Source: a virus. From it: 64,000 nucleotides of DNA. Of the stretch, positions 48,979-57,629 are shown piece after piece. The notes beneath the pieces are model-generated. The model ran no database searches and was not told the DNA's origin. It was given only the letters and a program-made list of their open reading frames with translations. The translations under genes and the position numbers were made by a program. The DNA lies in IMG/VR virus record IMGVR_UViG_3300045988_117710; one strand, given 5' to 3'. Within the stretch, counting starts at the first letter, position 1. Each line of letters starts with the position of its first letter.

Positions 48979-49135
48979 GCTTAGAGAGATAGCGAAAGCA
49001 TATTGTAAGAAGATGGGTTATAAGTTTATATTCGCTAATGAATATAAGTTTGGTTTCGAGGATAAGCAAGGTGGTTTATGGACTTTAACTTATTTTGAAT
49101 TAGAATCTAAGTTGAAGGAAATGAATAATCAATAA
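48962..49135 (+). CDS. small hypothetical protein (57 aa), not in the ORF track
   Basis: AGGAGAG RBS, clean ATG..TAA. Overlaps the end of the previous gene. Confidence 0.4.
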   Translation: MAKIDELREIAKAYCKKMGYKFIFANEYKFGFEDKQGGLWTLTYFELESKLKEMNNQ

Positions 49136-49145
49136 TATTGGGTAG

Positions 49146-49158
49146 GTTATTCGTATAT
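49146..49158 (+). promoter_or_regulatory. promoter variant, TTATTCGTATATTA
   Basis: -10 TATATT at 49153-49158, immediately followed by a hairpin. Confidence 0.4.
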
Positions 49159-49159
49159 T

Positions 49160-49243
49160 ACAATGACAATTCTTTAGTTGTCATTTGTATGTCACGAGTA
49201 ACCCCATACTCAGTGAATAGCACTCTATACGAGTGCTTTTTTC
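49160..49243 (+). promoter_or_regulatory. structured 5' leader with a possible attenuator upstream of 49267
   Basis: Hairpin AATGACAA/TTGTCATT at 49162-49185, then the terminator hairpin at 49219-49243, both lying between the promoter and the RBS. Confidence 0.35.
49219..49243 (+). terminator. terminator or attenuator hairpin inside the leader of the phosphoesterase-ligase gene
   Basis: AGCACTC/GAGTGCT stem plus TTTTTT, 25 nt before the ATG at 49267. Confidence 0.6.
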
Positions 49244-49266
49244 GTATTTAAATTAAGGAGGTACCT

Positions 49267-50934
49267 ATGGTTAATGTTTTCTTTATTAGTGATTTACATC
49301 TTAATCATGGCAATATTATTGATTATTGTGATCGTCAGTTTAATAGTATTCAGGAGATGAATGATACTATTGTTAGGAATTGGAATAGTGTTGTAGGTCC
49401 AGATGATATAGTTTATTTTCTAGGTGATTTTGCTTTAGGTAGAGATGTAGATAAGGTTTATGAGGAGTATTCGAAGCTTCTGAATGGCACTATCTATTTC
49501 TTAAGAGGAAATCATGATAAGTCTAGATCTGTTGTATCTAGGTATTTTAATTTAATCGATACAGGTACGACTGTTTCTTATAATGATTCTCATTTCATTC
49601 TTTCCCATCATCCTTTATATGATTCAGAGATTCCTAAGGGATATGTTAATCTTCATGGTCATATTCACAATAACAAGTTGAGTAGGGTTTATGATTCTGG
49701 ATGTCATTTTAATGTTTCTGCTGATGTTACTGATTTCACACCATATTTCGTAAAGAATATTATAGATGATATTTCCTCTGGTTCTTTAGTTCCAAAGAGA
49801 ACTGGGGTTGATAGAGTTAGGAAGGATGATGGTAGTATGAGAAAGTTAGCTACAGTGCAAACTATTTTAAATGTTGAACCTATACCTGATGCTGATGCAA
49901 TTGAGGTTGTTACAGTTAAGGGTTGGAAGGTTGTTGTAAAGAAGGGTGAGTATCAAGTTGGTGATAAGGTAGTTTATTTCGAAATTGATTCACTTATTCC
50001 AAGAAGTTCAATAACAGAGTTTTTGATGGAAGATGAGTATATGTTGTCTGCTAGATTAAGAACTAGAAAATTAAGAGGTCAAGTATCTCAAGGTTTAGTT
50101 ATTTCTTTAGAAGATTCTCTTGTTATGGCTGAAGAGTTAAATGGTGCTGTTGAGTTATTTGATACTGATGATGGTACAGATGTTTCTGATTTACTTCATG
50201 TTGAGAAGTATGAACCACCTGTTACTTATGGTAACGAGGGTAGATGTGTTGCTTGGCCATTTACATTGACTAAAACTGATGAAGAGAGAATTCAAAATAT
50301 TCCTGAAGTTATTGATAAGTTGATCGAGAATGGAACTCATTTATGTATTTCAGTTAAGTTAGATGGTACTTCTATGACTGTAGTACATCAACCAGATGGT
50401 ATTCATGTAGCTGGTAGAAACAATGATTTTGATAAGACAGATGATTTTGCTTTCAATAATAAGTATTGGTCTACAGCTCGAAGATATGGTGTTACAGATG
50501 CTTTAGAAGAAGCCCATATAAATAATCCAGACAAATACTTTGCTGTTCAAGGTGAGTTAGTTGGTCCTGGTATTCAAGGTAATAAGATGAATTTATCAGA
50601 TTTGAATTATTATATCTTTAACTTATTTGTTTCTGAAGATGAATGCAGAACTTGGAAGAAGTTAGGTTATGAAGAATTAGTTCAGTTCTGTATTGATTAT
50701 GATCTTACTCATGTTCCTTATATTTATTCAGATTTCGAATTGAAGGCACATGGTTTAGTAGATGTTGATAGTATTCTTAAGTTTGCGGAAGGTACTTATA
50801 GAGATAATGCCGAGGGTTATTTCCCAAATGCTAAAGCCAATCAACAAAGAGAGGGGTTAGTGTTTAGAACTCTTGATCATCAATTCTCTTTTAAGGTTGT
50901 TAATAATATCTTCTTACTTAAGGGAGGAGAATAA
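49267..50934 (+). CDS. metallophosphoesterase fused to a nucleotidyltransferase-family (RNA/DNA) ligase domain
   Basis: N-terminal DLHLNHG, GDF and GNHD. C-terminal motif I KLDGTS. AAGGAGG RBS. Confidence 0.6.
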   Translation: MVNVFFISDLHLNHGNIIDYCDRQFNSIQEMNDTIVRNWNSVVGPDDIVYFLGDFALGRDVDKVYEEYSKLLNGTIYFLRGNHDKSRSVVSRYFNLIDTGTTVSYNDSHFILSHHPLYDSEIPKGYVNLHGHIHNNKLSRVYDSGCHFNVSADVTDFTPYFVKNIIDDISSGSLVPKRTGVDRVRKDDGSMRKLATVQTILNVEPIPDADAIEVVTVKGWKVVVKKGEYQVGDKVVYFEIDSLIPRSSITEFLMEDEYMLSARLRTRKLRGQVSQGLVISLEDSLVMAEELNGAVELFDTDDGTDVSDLLHVEKYEPPVTYGNEGRCVAWPFTLTKTDEERIQNIPEVIDKLIENGTHLCISVKLDGTSMTVVHQPDGIHVAGRNNDFDKTDDFAFNNKYWSTARRYGVTDALEEAHINNPDKYFAVQGELVGPGIQGNKMNLSDLNYYIFNLFVSEDECRTWKKLGYEELVQFCIDYDLTHVPYIYSDFELKAHGLVDVDSILKFAEGTYRDNAEGYFPNAKANQQREGLVFRTLDHQFSFKVVNNIFLLKGGE

Positions 50935-50935
50935 T

Positions 50936-51730
50936 ATGAAGTATTTATTTCACTTCGCTATGATGAAGGAGTGTCCTACTGAGTTTATTAAGTTACCAGA
51001 AGGTGTACATGATGATTTAAGTGGAGATGATATTGTAGGTTTATTTGATACCATTTATCCTAATATTAAGTTTTGGGTTTCTGGTGTTGGATGCAATAAT
51101 GTCCTTTATCCTGATTATGAAGTGGTTAATTATCTTAAGACTTGTGATTATGTTTATAGTTTTGGTTTATCTGGTTCTATTAATGATAATCTTAAAGTTG
51201 GAGATTTGGTTAATGTTCATAGTGTTAATAATCTAGATGTTAAGATGCCTGGGTATGGATTAGGTTGTACTGATGATTTTGATGCAGATTGTTTAGGTTG
51301 TTCAAAGTCTAATCTTACAGCTTTATCTGATTTTAATACTAGGGTTATCTGTTATACTTCTAATCGATTTGTTACGAAGGAGTATTTAGATTTCTTATTT
51401 GGTGATAATTCTGATGATAATTTAGATGATTTCTATGATGATGCTTTTAATGTAGCATTTGATGAGAATGTGATTACTTCTTTAGCTTTAGGTTTTATTG
51501 ATGAACCAAAGAAAGATTGTATAGTTTGTGAGATGGAACTATTCTATCTTAAGAAGTTTGTTGATATTATTAATAAGTCTTGTCCTGTATGTGCTTATAA
51601 GTTAGTTTCTGATATAGTATGTAAACCTGATAATTATGAAGAGTATGAAGGTTCTTTACAAACTCTATTATCTAGTTTACATTTTGCTGTAGGAGCTGCT
51701 GTTAAGGAGTTAGGTTCAGATGGAGAATAG
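50936..51730 (+). CDS. PNP/MTAN-family nucleosidase or phosphorylase-like protein
   Basis: VSGVGCNNV and FGLSGSIN..LKVGDLV resemble the SGIGKVNAA and GTAGGL..VGDVV motifs of MTA/SAH nucleosidases. GGGAGGAG RBS then ATG; the track ORF is extended upstream. Confidence 0.4.
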   Translation: MKYLFHFAMMKECPTEFIKLPEGVHDDLSGDDIVGLFDTIYPNIKFWVSGVGCNNVLYPDYEVVNYLKTCDYVYSFGLSGSINDNLKVGDLVNVHSVNNLDVKMPGYGLGCTDDFDADCLGCSKSNLTALSDFNTRVICYTSNRFVTKEYLDFLFGDNSDDNLDDFYDDAFNVAFDENVITSLALGFIDEPKKDCIVCEMELFYLKKFVDIINKSCPVCAYKLVSDIVCKPDNYEEYEGSLQTLLSSLHFAVGAAVKELGSDGE

Positions 51731-52220
51731 TATGAAGGTTCAGTTAGCAGATATTACTTTTGATTCATGTGTAGATGGTCCTGGGTTAAGAACTGTTGTG
51801 TGGTTGTCTGGGTGTTCTCATAGATGTCCAGAGTGTCATAATGAACGTTTACAGGATTTCCATTATGGTTATTCCATGGATGTTAATGAGTTAGTTGATA
51901 CTTTATCTAGTTCGAAGAGGATAACTTTCTCTGGTGGTGATCCATTGTTTCAAGTGAATGCTTTAGATGAGATTATTGGTTCTCTTGATCCAGAGACAGA
52001 CATTTGGATTTATACTGGTTTTACTTTAGATAAAGCCAAGGAGATTCTGATGGATAAGCCAAATCTTAGAGAGTCTGAATTTACTATTAAGTGTGGTAAG
52101 TTTGATAAGAGTCTTAAGGATCCTAGTTGTAAGTTTAGGGGTTCTAGTAATCAAAGGATTTATCATTATATTAATGGTATCTTTACTGATATCTCTGACA
52201 AGATTGATAATAGAAAATAA
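51720..52220 (+). CDS. nrdG: anaerobic ribonucleotide reductase activating protein (NrdG-type radical SAM activase)
   Basis: VDGPGLRTVVWLSGCSHRCPECHN, FSGGDPL and DPSCKFRGSSNQRIYHY are collinear with E. coli NrdG. Confidence 0.7.
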   Translation: MENSMKVQLADITFDSCVDGPGLRTVVWLSGCSHRCPECHNERLQDFHYGYSMDVNELVDTLSSSKRITFSGGDPLFQVNALDEIIGSLDPETDIWIYTGFTLDKAKEILMDKPNLRESEFTIKCGKFDKSLKDPSCKFRGSSNQRIYHYINGIFTDISDKIDNRK

Positions 52221-52221
52221 G

Positions 52222-52247
52222 GGAAAGTTTAGTTGACTTTCCTTTTT
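52222..52247 (+). terminator. intrinsic terminator after nrdG
   Basis: GGAAAGT/ACTTTCC stem plus TTTTT. The loop and 3' arm contain TTGACT. Confidence 0.6.
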
Positions 52248-52261
52248 ATTTATCGTATTAT
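52233..52261 (+). promoter_or_regulatory. promoter TTGACT-N17-TATTAT(AAT)
   Basis: -35 lies in the terminator loop/3' arm. Confidence 0.6.
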
Positions 52262-52279
52262 AATATAGAGGTGAATGGT

Positions 52280-52528
52280 ATGTATTCTCATAATTATAAA
52301 GGTTTACCTTATAAGCAAAGTGTTAAGCGATTTGAGAAGGATTATCGTATTAGATATTGTTTGTATGGTAAGTATTCCAAATGGAGAACTGCTTCTGGGA
52401 AGAAGATTCGAGTTAAGGATTTAGATTATCACCATTTAATTAATATTGTTAATTATTTTGGGAATACAAAGATTCGAAATGATTATCCATTTGTTTGGTA
52501 TAGATATGTGAAAGAGGTGGTATTGTGA
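52280..52528 (+). CDS. small hypothetical protein
   Basis: Consensus promoter at 52233-52261. AGAGGTGAA RBS then ATG at 52280. Confidence 0.5.
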   Translation: MYSHNYKGLPYKQSVKRFEKDYRIRYCLYGKYSKWRTASGKKIRVKDLDYHHLINIVNYFGNTKIRNDYPFVWYRYVKEVVL

Positions 52529-53565
52529 AGAAGTTCACAGCAACAGTTTTAATGGGTTATCCTGGTTCTGGTAAGACTAGAGCAAGTTCTTATAAGCATT
52601 TAAGAACTAATGATGCTTTATATCTATCTTCTGATGATTTAAGAGTAGAGATGTTTGGTTTCAGAGATCAGGAGCATAATAAGGAGTTATTCGAAGAGTT
52701 ATATAAGAGAGCAATCAATTATTCTGATAAGGGAGATGTTTTAATTGATTCTACAGCTCTTACTAGAAAAGATAGATTGAGGGTTATTGCAAAGCTTGGT
52801 AAGTACTTCAATATGAGATTAGTAGTAGTTGTCAGACCTATTTGGGAGATTGTGGAGGAGAATCAAATCAGAAAGGTTTCTAAACCTGAAGAGTATATTC
52901 CTGAACCAATCTTTAAACAGATTCTTGGTAGATTTCAATTACCTACTTATGATGAGGGTTGGGATGAGATTAGTTTTTGTTTCAATTCTTCTATTGAAGA
53001 ACATAATGATCCTAATCTATTATTAAAATGTTTTTATGATTTAGATAAGGTTGAAGATATTGCACATGATAATCCACATCATCCAGAGTCAATCAAGGAA
53101 CATGTTAATTATGTTTTAGGTAAGGTTAAGGAAGAGACATCAAGTTTTGTATTAGAGTCTATTGCTTATTATCATGATTTAGGTAAATTTTATGTTATTC
53201 AGTATAATGAAGAGAAAGGATATTCTCAATGTATTGGTCATGCAGCTGTTTCAGCTTATATCTATTTGACAGATTTCTTGATTAGGGCTGTTTTAGATTC
53301 TATTGAGAAAGATGACTTTACTAATCCTTTTAGTAATTTAGAGTTTCTTTTAATTTATTATGGAGTGTTCTATCATGATTATCCTTATTCATTTACTGAT
53401 TTTGAAGATATGGTTAGTTCTTTAAGTAAACCTAGTAAACCATTGATTCATTTATTTAAAAATCTTAATGATGGTTTAGTTGGTATTTCTATGAGAGAGT
53501 TTACAAGAATGTTAATAGATTTTAATTGTTATGATAGAATGAGGGAAGGTGATTCAGATGAATGA
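52525..53565 (+). CDS. bifunctional P-loop polynucleotide-kinase-like domain plus HD phosphohydrolase domain
   Basis: Walker A VLMGYPGSGKT. C-terminal H..HD motif (HHPESIKEH ... YYHDLGK). Confidence 0.55.
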   Translation: MKKFTATVLMGYPGSGKTRASSYKHLRTNDALYLSSDDLRVEMFGFRDQEHNKELFEELYKRAINYSDKGDVLIDSTALTRKDRLRVIAKLGKYFNMRLVVVVRPIWEIVEENQIRKVSKPEEYIPEPIFKQILGRFQLPTYDEGWDEISFCFNSSIEEHNDPNLLLKCFYDLDKVEDIAHDNPHHPESIKEHVNYVLGKVKEETSSFVLESIAYYHDLGKFYVIQYNEEKGYSQCIGHAAVSAYIYLTDFLIRAVLDSIEKDDFTNPFSNLEFLLIYYGVFYHDYPYSFTDFEDMVSSLSKPSKPLIHLFKNLNDGLVGISMREFTRMLIDFNCYDRMREGDSDE

Positions 53566-54358
53566 GAGTATTCTGAAGGCATTAGATATTCTTGAGTCTA
53601 GAGGATATAATGTAGTTTATTTAGGATATTATGGTGCTCATAATTATAATCTTAATGATGAGCAATCTGATTATGATTTTAAAGCCATTGTTATTCCTAC
53701 TCTTAAGCAGTTGATTAAGAGAGATGTTATTTCAACTACTATTGAGTGTGAGTTTGGTAATATTGATGTTAAGGATTTACTTACATTTACAACTAATATG
53801 AATAAGGGAAACTTTAGTTATATTGAGTCTTTACATTCTAATTACTTTTTAGACTTTGGAGAAGCTTTTCTAGGAATTTCTATTAGGGATTTGTTTAAGG
53901 ATGTTAAGGTTAATTGGATGTCTATGGTTGGTGCTATTTATGAGAAGAGAAAAGCTCTTACTCATGAGTATCCTAGTAAAACTGCAGAGTTTGAGAAGTT
54001 TGGTTGCGATCCTAAACAGTTCTTACAAGCAATTCGTTTGTTTGATATTCTTCGTAGAAGAAGTAAGGATGTTGAGAATTATAATAAGTCATTTGAGACT
54101 TATTCAGATGATGGAGTTCAGTTTGAGTTAGTTGAATTTGAATCTGAAGCAAGTAGTAGAAAGTATGAGTTTTCTCATCAGGATTTAATTGCTATGAAGA
54201 GAGGTTTATTAATGCCTCTAGATGAGACTATTAGAATATTTGATTATATTCAAGTTAAGGCAAGAGATTATATTTCTAAAGATTATAAGTTTGAACCTTT
54301 AGATTATACTGATGAGGTTATTGACTTATTAGTGACTTATTTTAAGAACAATTTATAG
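53558..54358 (+). CDS. Pol-beta-superfamily nucleotidyltransferase
   Basis: G[GA]x9SDYDF motif (YLGYYGAHNYNLNDEQSDYDF). GGGAAGG RBS then ATG at 53558. Confidence 0.45.
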   Translation: MNESILKALDILESRGYNVVYLGYYGAHNYNLNDEQSDYDFKAIVIPTLKQLIKRDVISTTIECEFGNIDVKDLLTFTTNMNKGNFSYIESLHSNYFLDFGEAFLGISIRDLFKDVKVNWMSMVGAIYEKRKALTHEYPSKTAEFEKFGCDPKQFLQAIRLFDILRRRSKDVENYNKSFETYSDDGVQFELVEFESEASSRKYEFSHQDLIAMKRGLLMPLDETIRIFDYIQVKARDYISKDYKFEPLDYTDEVIDLLVTYFKNNL

Positions 54359-54366
54359 GAGGATTT

Positions 54367-54969
54367 ATGTTAAAGATAGGATTTGTTGGTGCACCACAAA
54401 GTGGTAAGTCTAGTTTGATTGAGTATTTGAGAAATTTATTAAAGGATGAGTATCAAGTGGTTATTGCTGATGAGCCACCAACAATTCTTTTGAAGGTAGG
54501 GTTGGATCCTGCATCTGGAGTTATTTCTAGTTTGGATTTTCAGAAGGAGTGTTTATTAGAGTATCATAATGTTTATGAGAGAATTTCGAAGTATTCTAGT
54601 GTTTATTCTAACTCTGATAAACCTACAATTGTTTTAATGGATACTTTACCAGAGATTGGGAAGTGTTATCTTAATGATGAAGAGACTAAGGTGTGGGAAG
54701 AGCATTACAATCTTTTCTGGAGAAATAATGTTGTGTTTGAAACTTTCAAACCAGATATTATATTCAATCTTGAGTTATTACAAGGAGAGTTTTCTACTAA
54801 GGGTAATGCTGTTCGTAGAGACTTAGATGTTGAGTATATTCTTTCTATTGATGAGAAGATTTGCAATACTTATCCTTCTGCTATTAGATTAGCAAATGAT
54901 ATTGGTATCGAAGAAAGAGCCAATGAAGTAGCAGATATTATTGATTCTGCTTTAAGAAATCAAAATTAA
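54367..54969 (+). CDS. P-loop kinase, deoxynucleoside-kinase-like
   Basis: IGFVGAPQSGKSS..(20 aa)..ADEPP arrangement typical of the dNK family. Arg-rich lid VRRD. AGGAGGA RBS. Confidence 0.4.
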   Translation: MLKIGFVGAPQSGKSSLIEYLRNLLKDEYQVVIADEPPTILLKVGLDPASGVISSLDFQKECLLEYHNVYERISKYSSVYSNSDKPTIVLMDTLPEIGKCYLNDEETKVWEEHYNLFWRNNVVFETFKPDIIFNLELLQGEFSTKGNAVRRDLDVEYILSIDEKICNTYPSAIRLANDIGIEERANEVADIIDSALRNQN

Positions 54970-55004
54970 TTCGTATAGTTTAATTAGAAAGGTGGTATGA
55001 GTCC

Positions 55005-56984
55005 ATGTTAGATTATAATAGATTAGATATGGCAACCCTAAGATTGTTTAAGGGGTTATATGTTGATGAACCAAATACTGGTTCTAATATTTCAAGAGAT
55101 GAGGTAGTTAAGTTAGCTCTTAATGGGTTAATCTTTAATACTACTGTTCATTCTGATACAGCTGTTGATATAGCAATTAAACTTTATGGAAATAATCCAT
55201 ATAAGTTATCAAATACTTTTCATAAGGATTGGACTACTGTGGAGAATATTACTCCTGAAGAACATTATTTACAAACTTTTATTAGTTATATAACTACTTA
55301 TGGATATGATTCTTTAGGAATTCCTTATGATGAAAATCATTACATTATTCCTGATGAGATTATTCCTATTCCAGAGAATGTAGTTCCATTTAATTTTACT
55401 GTTATTAGTTCATTGAATTATGTAACATTATTAAATAGAGTTCATGCATTAGTTTCATCTGGTGTAGCTTTATCTCAACAACAAGTTGATGATGTATTGG
55501 TTATTATTAACTATTTACAGTTACCTATTGACTTCTCTATGGTTAAGAATAAAGAAGTTCGTTGTGTTCTTTGGTTAGGTATTACTGGTGATAAACCTTA
55601 TATCAATGTTGATGAATTCTTAAGAGTTTTAGTTTATACTACTCTACATCAAACATTATTAGTTCGTTCTTATAGAGATTATAAGGCAATTAGATTTGCA
55701 ATGAATTATTCTGATGAGACTAGAAGAAAAGTTGCTAAACTATTAGAAACTTATCAAAGACAATTTGGTATTGAGAATTTAGCAGGTTCTTTCTTACGTA
55801 ATAAGATGTTATTCCTAGCTTTCAAATGTGATGAGACTAAGGTTCTTATTAACAAGTTAAGAAGAGTTGCTGATAAGTATCATAGACCAATTAGTAATGC
55901 TAAATTAACTATGGATGATATCCTTCGTGCTGCGGAGAATAAGAATATATTCCAATTAGTTAAGTATTATAACTATTGTTTATCTATAATTAATCCTACT
56001 GAAGATAGAGTTTATGCTATTAGAAATGGTAAGAATTATTTAGCTAGTAATCCTAATTACAATAATTCTTCAGTTGCTAGAGATTTAGTTGTTCCACATT
56101 ATATGGATTTATCTAGAACTATTGTTACTAAGTTAGAAGAGTTACTTTCTAATTTGAAAGATAAGACATTTATTATACCTGAATATGTTGATTATAAAGT
56201 TCCATCATCTCTTAAGAGATTAGCATCTGGTGTTCCAGAAGGAACTATGATTAAGTTTAAGGAAGGAGATCCATTTGTTGTTGGTGTTTACTGGACAAAT
56301 CTTGAAGGTGACGATAATGAGAAGAACAGAGTGGATTTAGATCTTCATGCTAATTCAGTTAATAAGAGTATTGGATGGAATACTTCATTCAGAAATGACG
56401 AAGTTCTTTATTCTGGTGATATAGTAGATGCACCTATTAGTAAGGGTGGTGCTTCTGAAGCATTGATGTTTAGAAAAGTTACTGATCCTTATTTAGTTAC
56501 TTTAAATTCTTATAATCAAGCTGGTGTTATTTCTTATAAGTTTATCTTTGATGTTGAGGATGGGTTCAGAGCTTCTCATTCAACAGGATGGGATAGAAGA
56601 ACTCCAAATGGTTATATCTTTACACCAAATGCTAGAGTTCTTAATGCGAAGATTAAGAAAGATGGTTCTCAAAATACTTTAGGTTTAGTTATGAATGATA
56701 GATTCTATTTTATGAATTCATCATTATTCTCTGGTCATGTTACTGTTAAAAGTGATTTACTTAAGAGAGCTATTAAGTATTATGAAGAATCTCAAGCAAG
56801 AGAGTTAAGATTAAGAAGTTTACTAACATTAGTTGGTGCTAGAGTGTTTGATTCTTTTGAAGATTTAAAAGCTTGGGAAGATTTCCATGAAGTTGTTGTG
56901 GATACTAATACTGTAGTTGATTTATCTTTAGAAGCAATTACTGAAGATACATTTGTTCAGTTATTTACAATAGATGCTGAGTAG
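55005..56984 (+). CDS. hypothetical protein (659 aa)
   Basis: AAAGGTGG RBS. No recognisable motifs. Confidence 0.55.
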   Translation: MLDYNRLDMATLRLFKGLYVDEPNTGSNISRDEVVKLALNGLIFNTTVHSDTAVDIAIKLYGNNPYKLSNTFHKDWTTVENITPEEHYLQTFISYITTYGYDSLGIPYDENHYIIPDEIIPIPENVVPFNFTVISSLNYVTLLNRVHALVSSGVALSQQQVDDVLVIINYLQLPIDFSMVKNKEVRCVLWLGITGDKPYINVDEFLRVLVYTTLHQTLLVRSYRDYKAIRFAMNYSDETRRKVAKLLETYQRQFGIENLAGSFLRNKMLFLAFKCDETKVLINKLRRVADKYHRPISNAKLTMDDILRAAENKNIFQLVKYYNYCLSIINPTEDRVYAIRNGKNYLASNPNYNNSSVARDLVVPHYMDLSRTIVTKLEELLSNLKDKTFIIPEYVDYKVPSSLKRLASGVPEGTMIKFKEGDPFVVGVYWTNLEGDDNEKNRVDLDLHANSVNKSIGWNTSFRNDEVLYSGDIVDAPISKGGASEALMFRKVTDPYLVTLNSYNQAGVISYKFIFDVEDGFRASHSTGWDRRTPNGYIFTPNARVLNAKIKKDGSQNTLGLVMNDRFYFMNSSLFSGHVTVKSDLLKRAIKYYEESQARELRLRSLLTLVGARVFDSFEDLKAWEDFHEVVVDTNTVVDLSLEAITEDTFVQLFTIDAE

Positions 56985-57000
56985 TTTATAGGAGGTTCAG

Positions 57001-57363
57001 ATGTTTAGATTATTTTATAGAATTCAAGATTACTTTAGTAAGTATGAAAGACATATGAGAAGAGTTCGTAGATTCTACAATAATCCTGCCAAGGAAGAGA
57101 CTTGGAATCTGGACCTTCATATTGTTGAATTCTTAATTCCTCGTTTAGAGTTGTTTATTGAGGATTCAAGTAGGATAGTTGATTGGGATTCAGATGATGA
57201 ACATAGGAAAGTTAAAGATTATATTCCTATGATAGTATCTGATTTCCGATTCTATCTAGATAATTATGATTCTGATGATATTGGGGTTTGGAAGAAATCT
57301 CAAGAAAAGGTTAAAGAAGGGTTTAGTTTACTTTCCGAGATTTATTGTATGCTTGGATGGTAG
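57001..57363 (+). CDS. hypothetical protein
   Basis: TAGGAGG RBS. Confidence 0.55.
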   Translation: MFRLFYRIQDYFSKYERHMRRVRRFYNNPAKEETWNLDLHIVEFLIPRLELFIEDSSRIVDWDSDDEHRKVKDYIPMIVSDFRFYLDNYDSDDIGVWKKSQEKVKEGFSLLSEIYCMLGW

Positions 57364-57412
57364 TTTCTATTTATATATTAAATTAGTATATAGAGTTTAG
57401 AGGAGAAGGTAT

Positions 57413-57604
57413 ATGGCAGTTTTATATCAAGGATCCAATTTTGTGAAGTTTAATGAATTTAAGGATTCTGAAGGGAATATTCTTACTTTTGTTAAGAATA
57501 CAAAGAATGGTAAGTTATTTTCTACTAAGAATGGTTATGTAACTCTTACTGAATCACAAGCAAATAGTTTAGTGTTAAATAAGGGTAGTAAGAAAAGTAA
57601 ATAA
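57413..57604 (+). CDS. small basic protein
   Basis: AGAGGAGAAGG RBS. Confidence 0.5.
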   Translation: MAVLYQGSNFVKFNEFKDSEGNILTFVKNTKNGKLFSTKNGYVTLTESQANSLVLNKGSKKSK

Positions 57605-57629
57605 GCCAAATTGAAATGAGGTGTTTTGA

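Noticed and set aside
49237-49250. TTTTTTCGTATTTAAAT just before the 49267 gene, read as another promoter copy
   Set aside because: A TSS from this box would fall inside the RBS. It is better explained as the U-tract of the leader terminator.
55005-56984. Considered whether the 659-aa protein could be NrdD, the partner of NrdG
   Set aside because: No glycyl-radical motif (RVCGY) or C-terminal zinc ribbon; the sequence is unrelated by eye.
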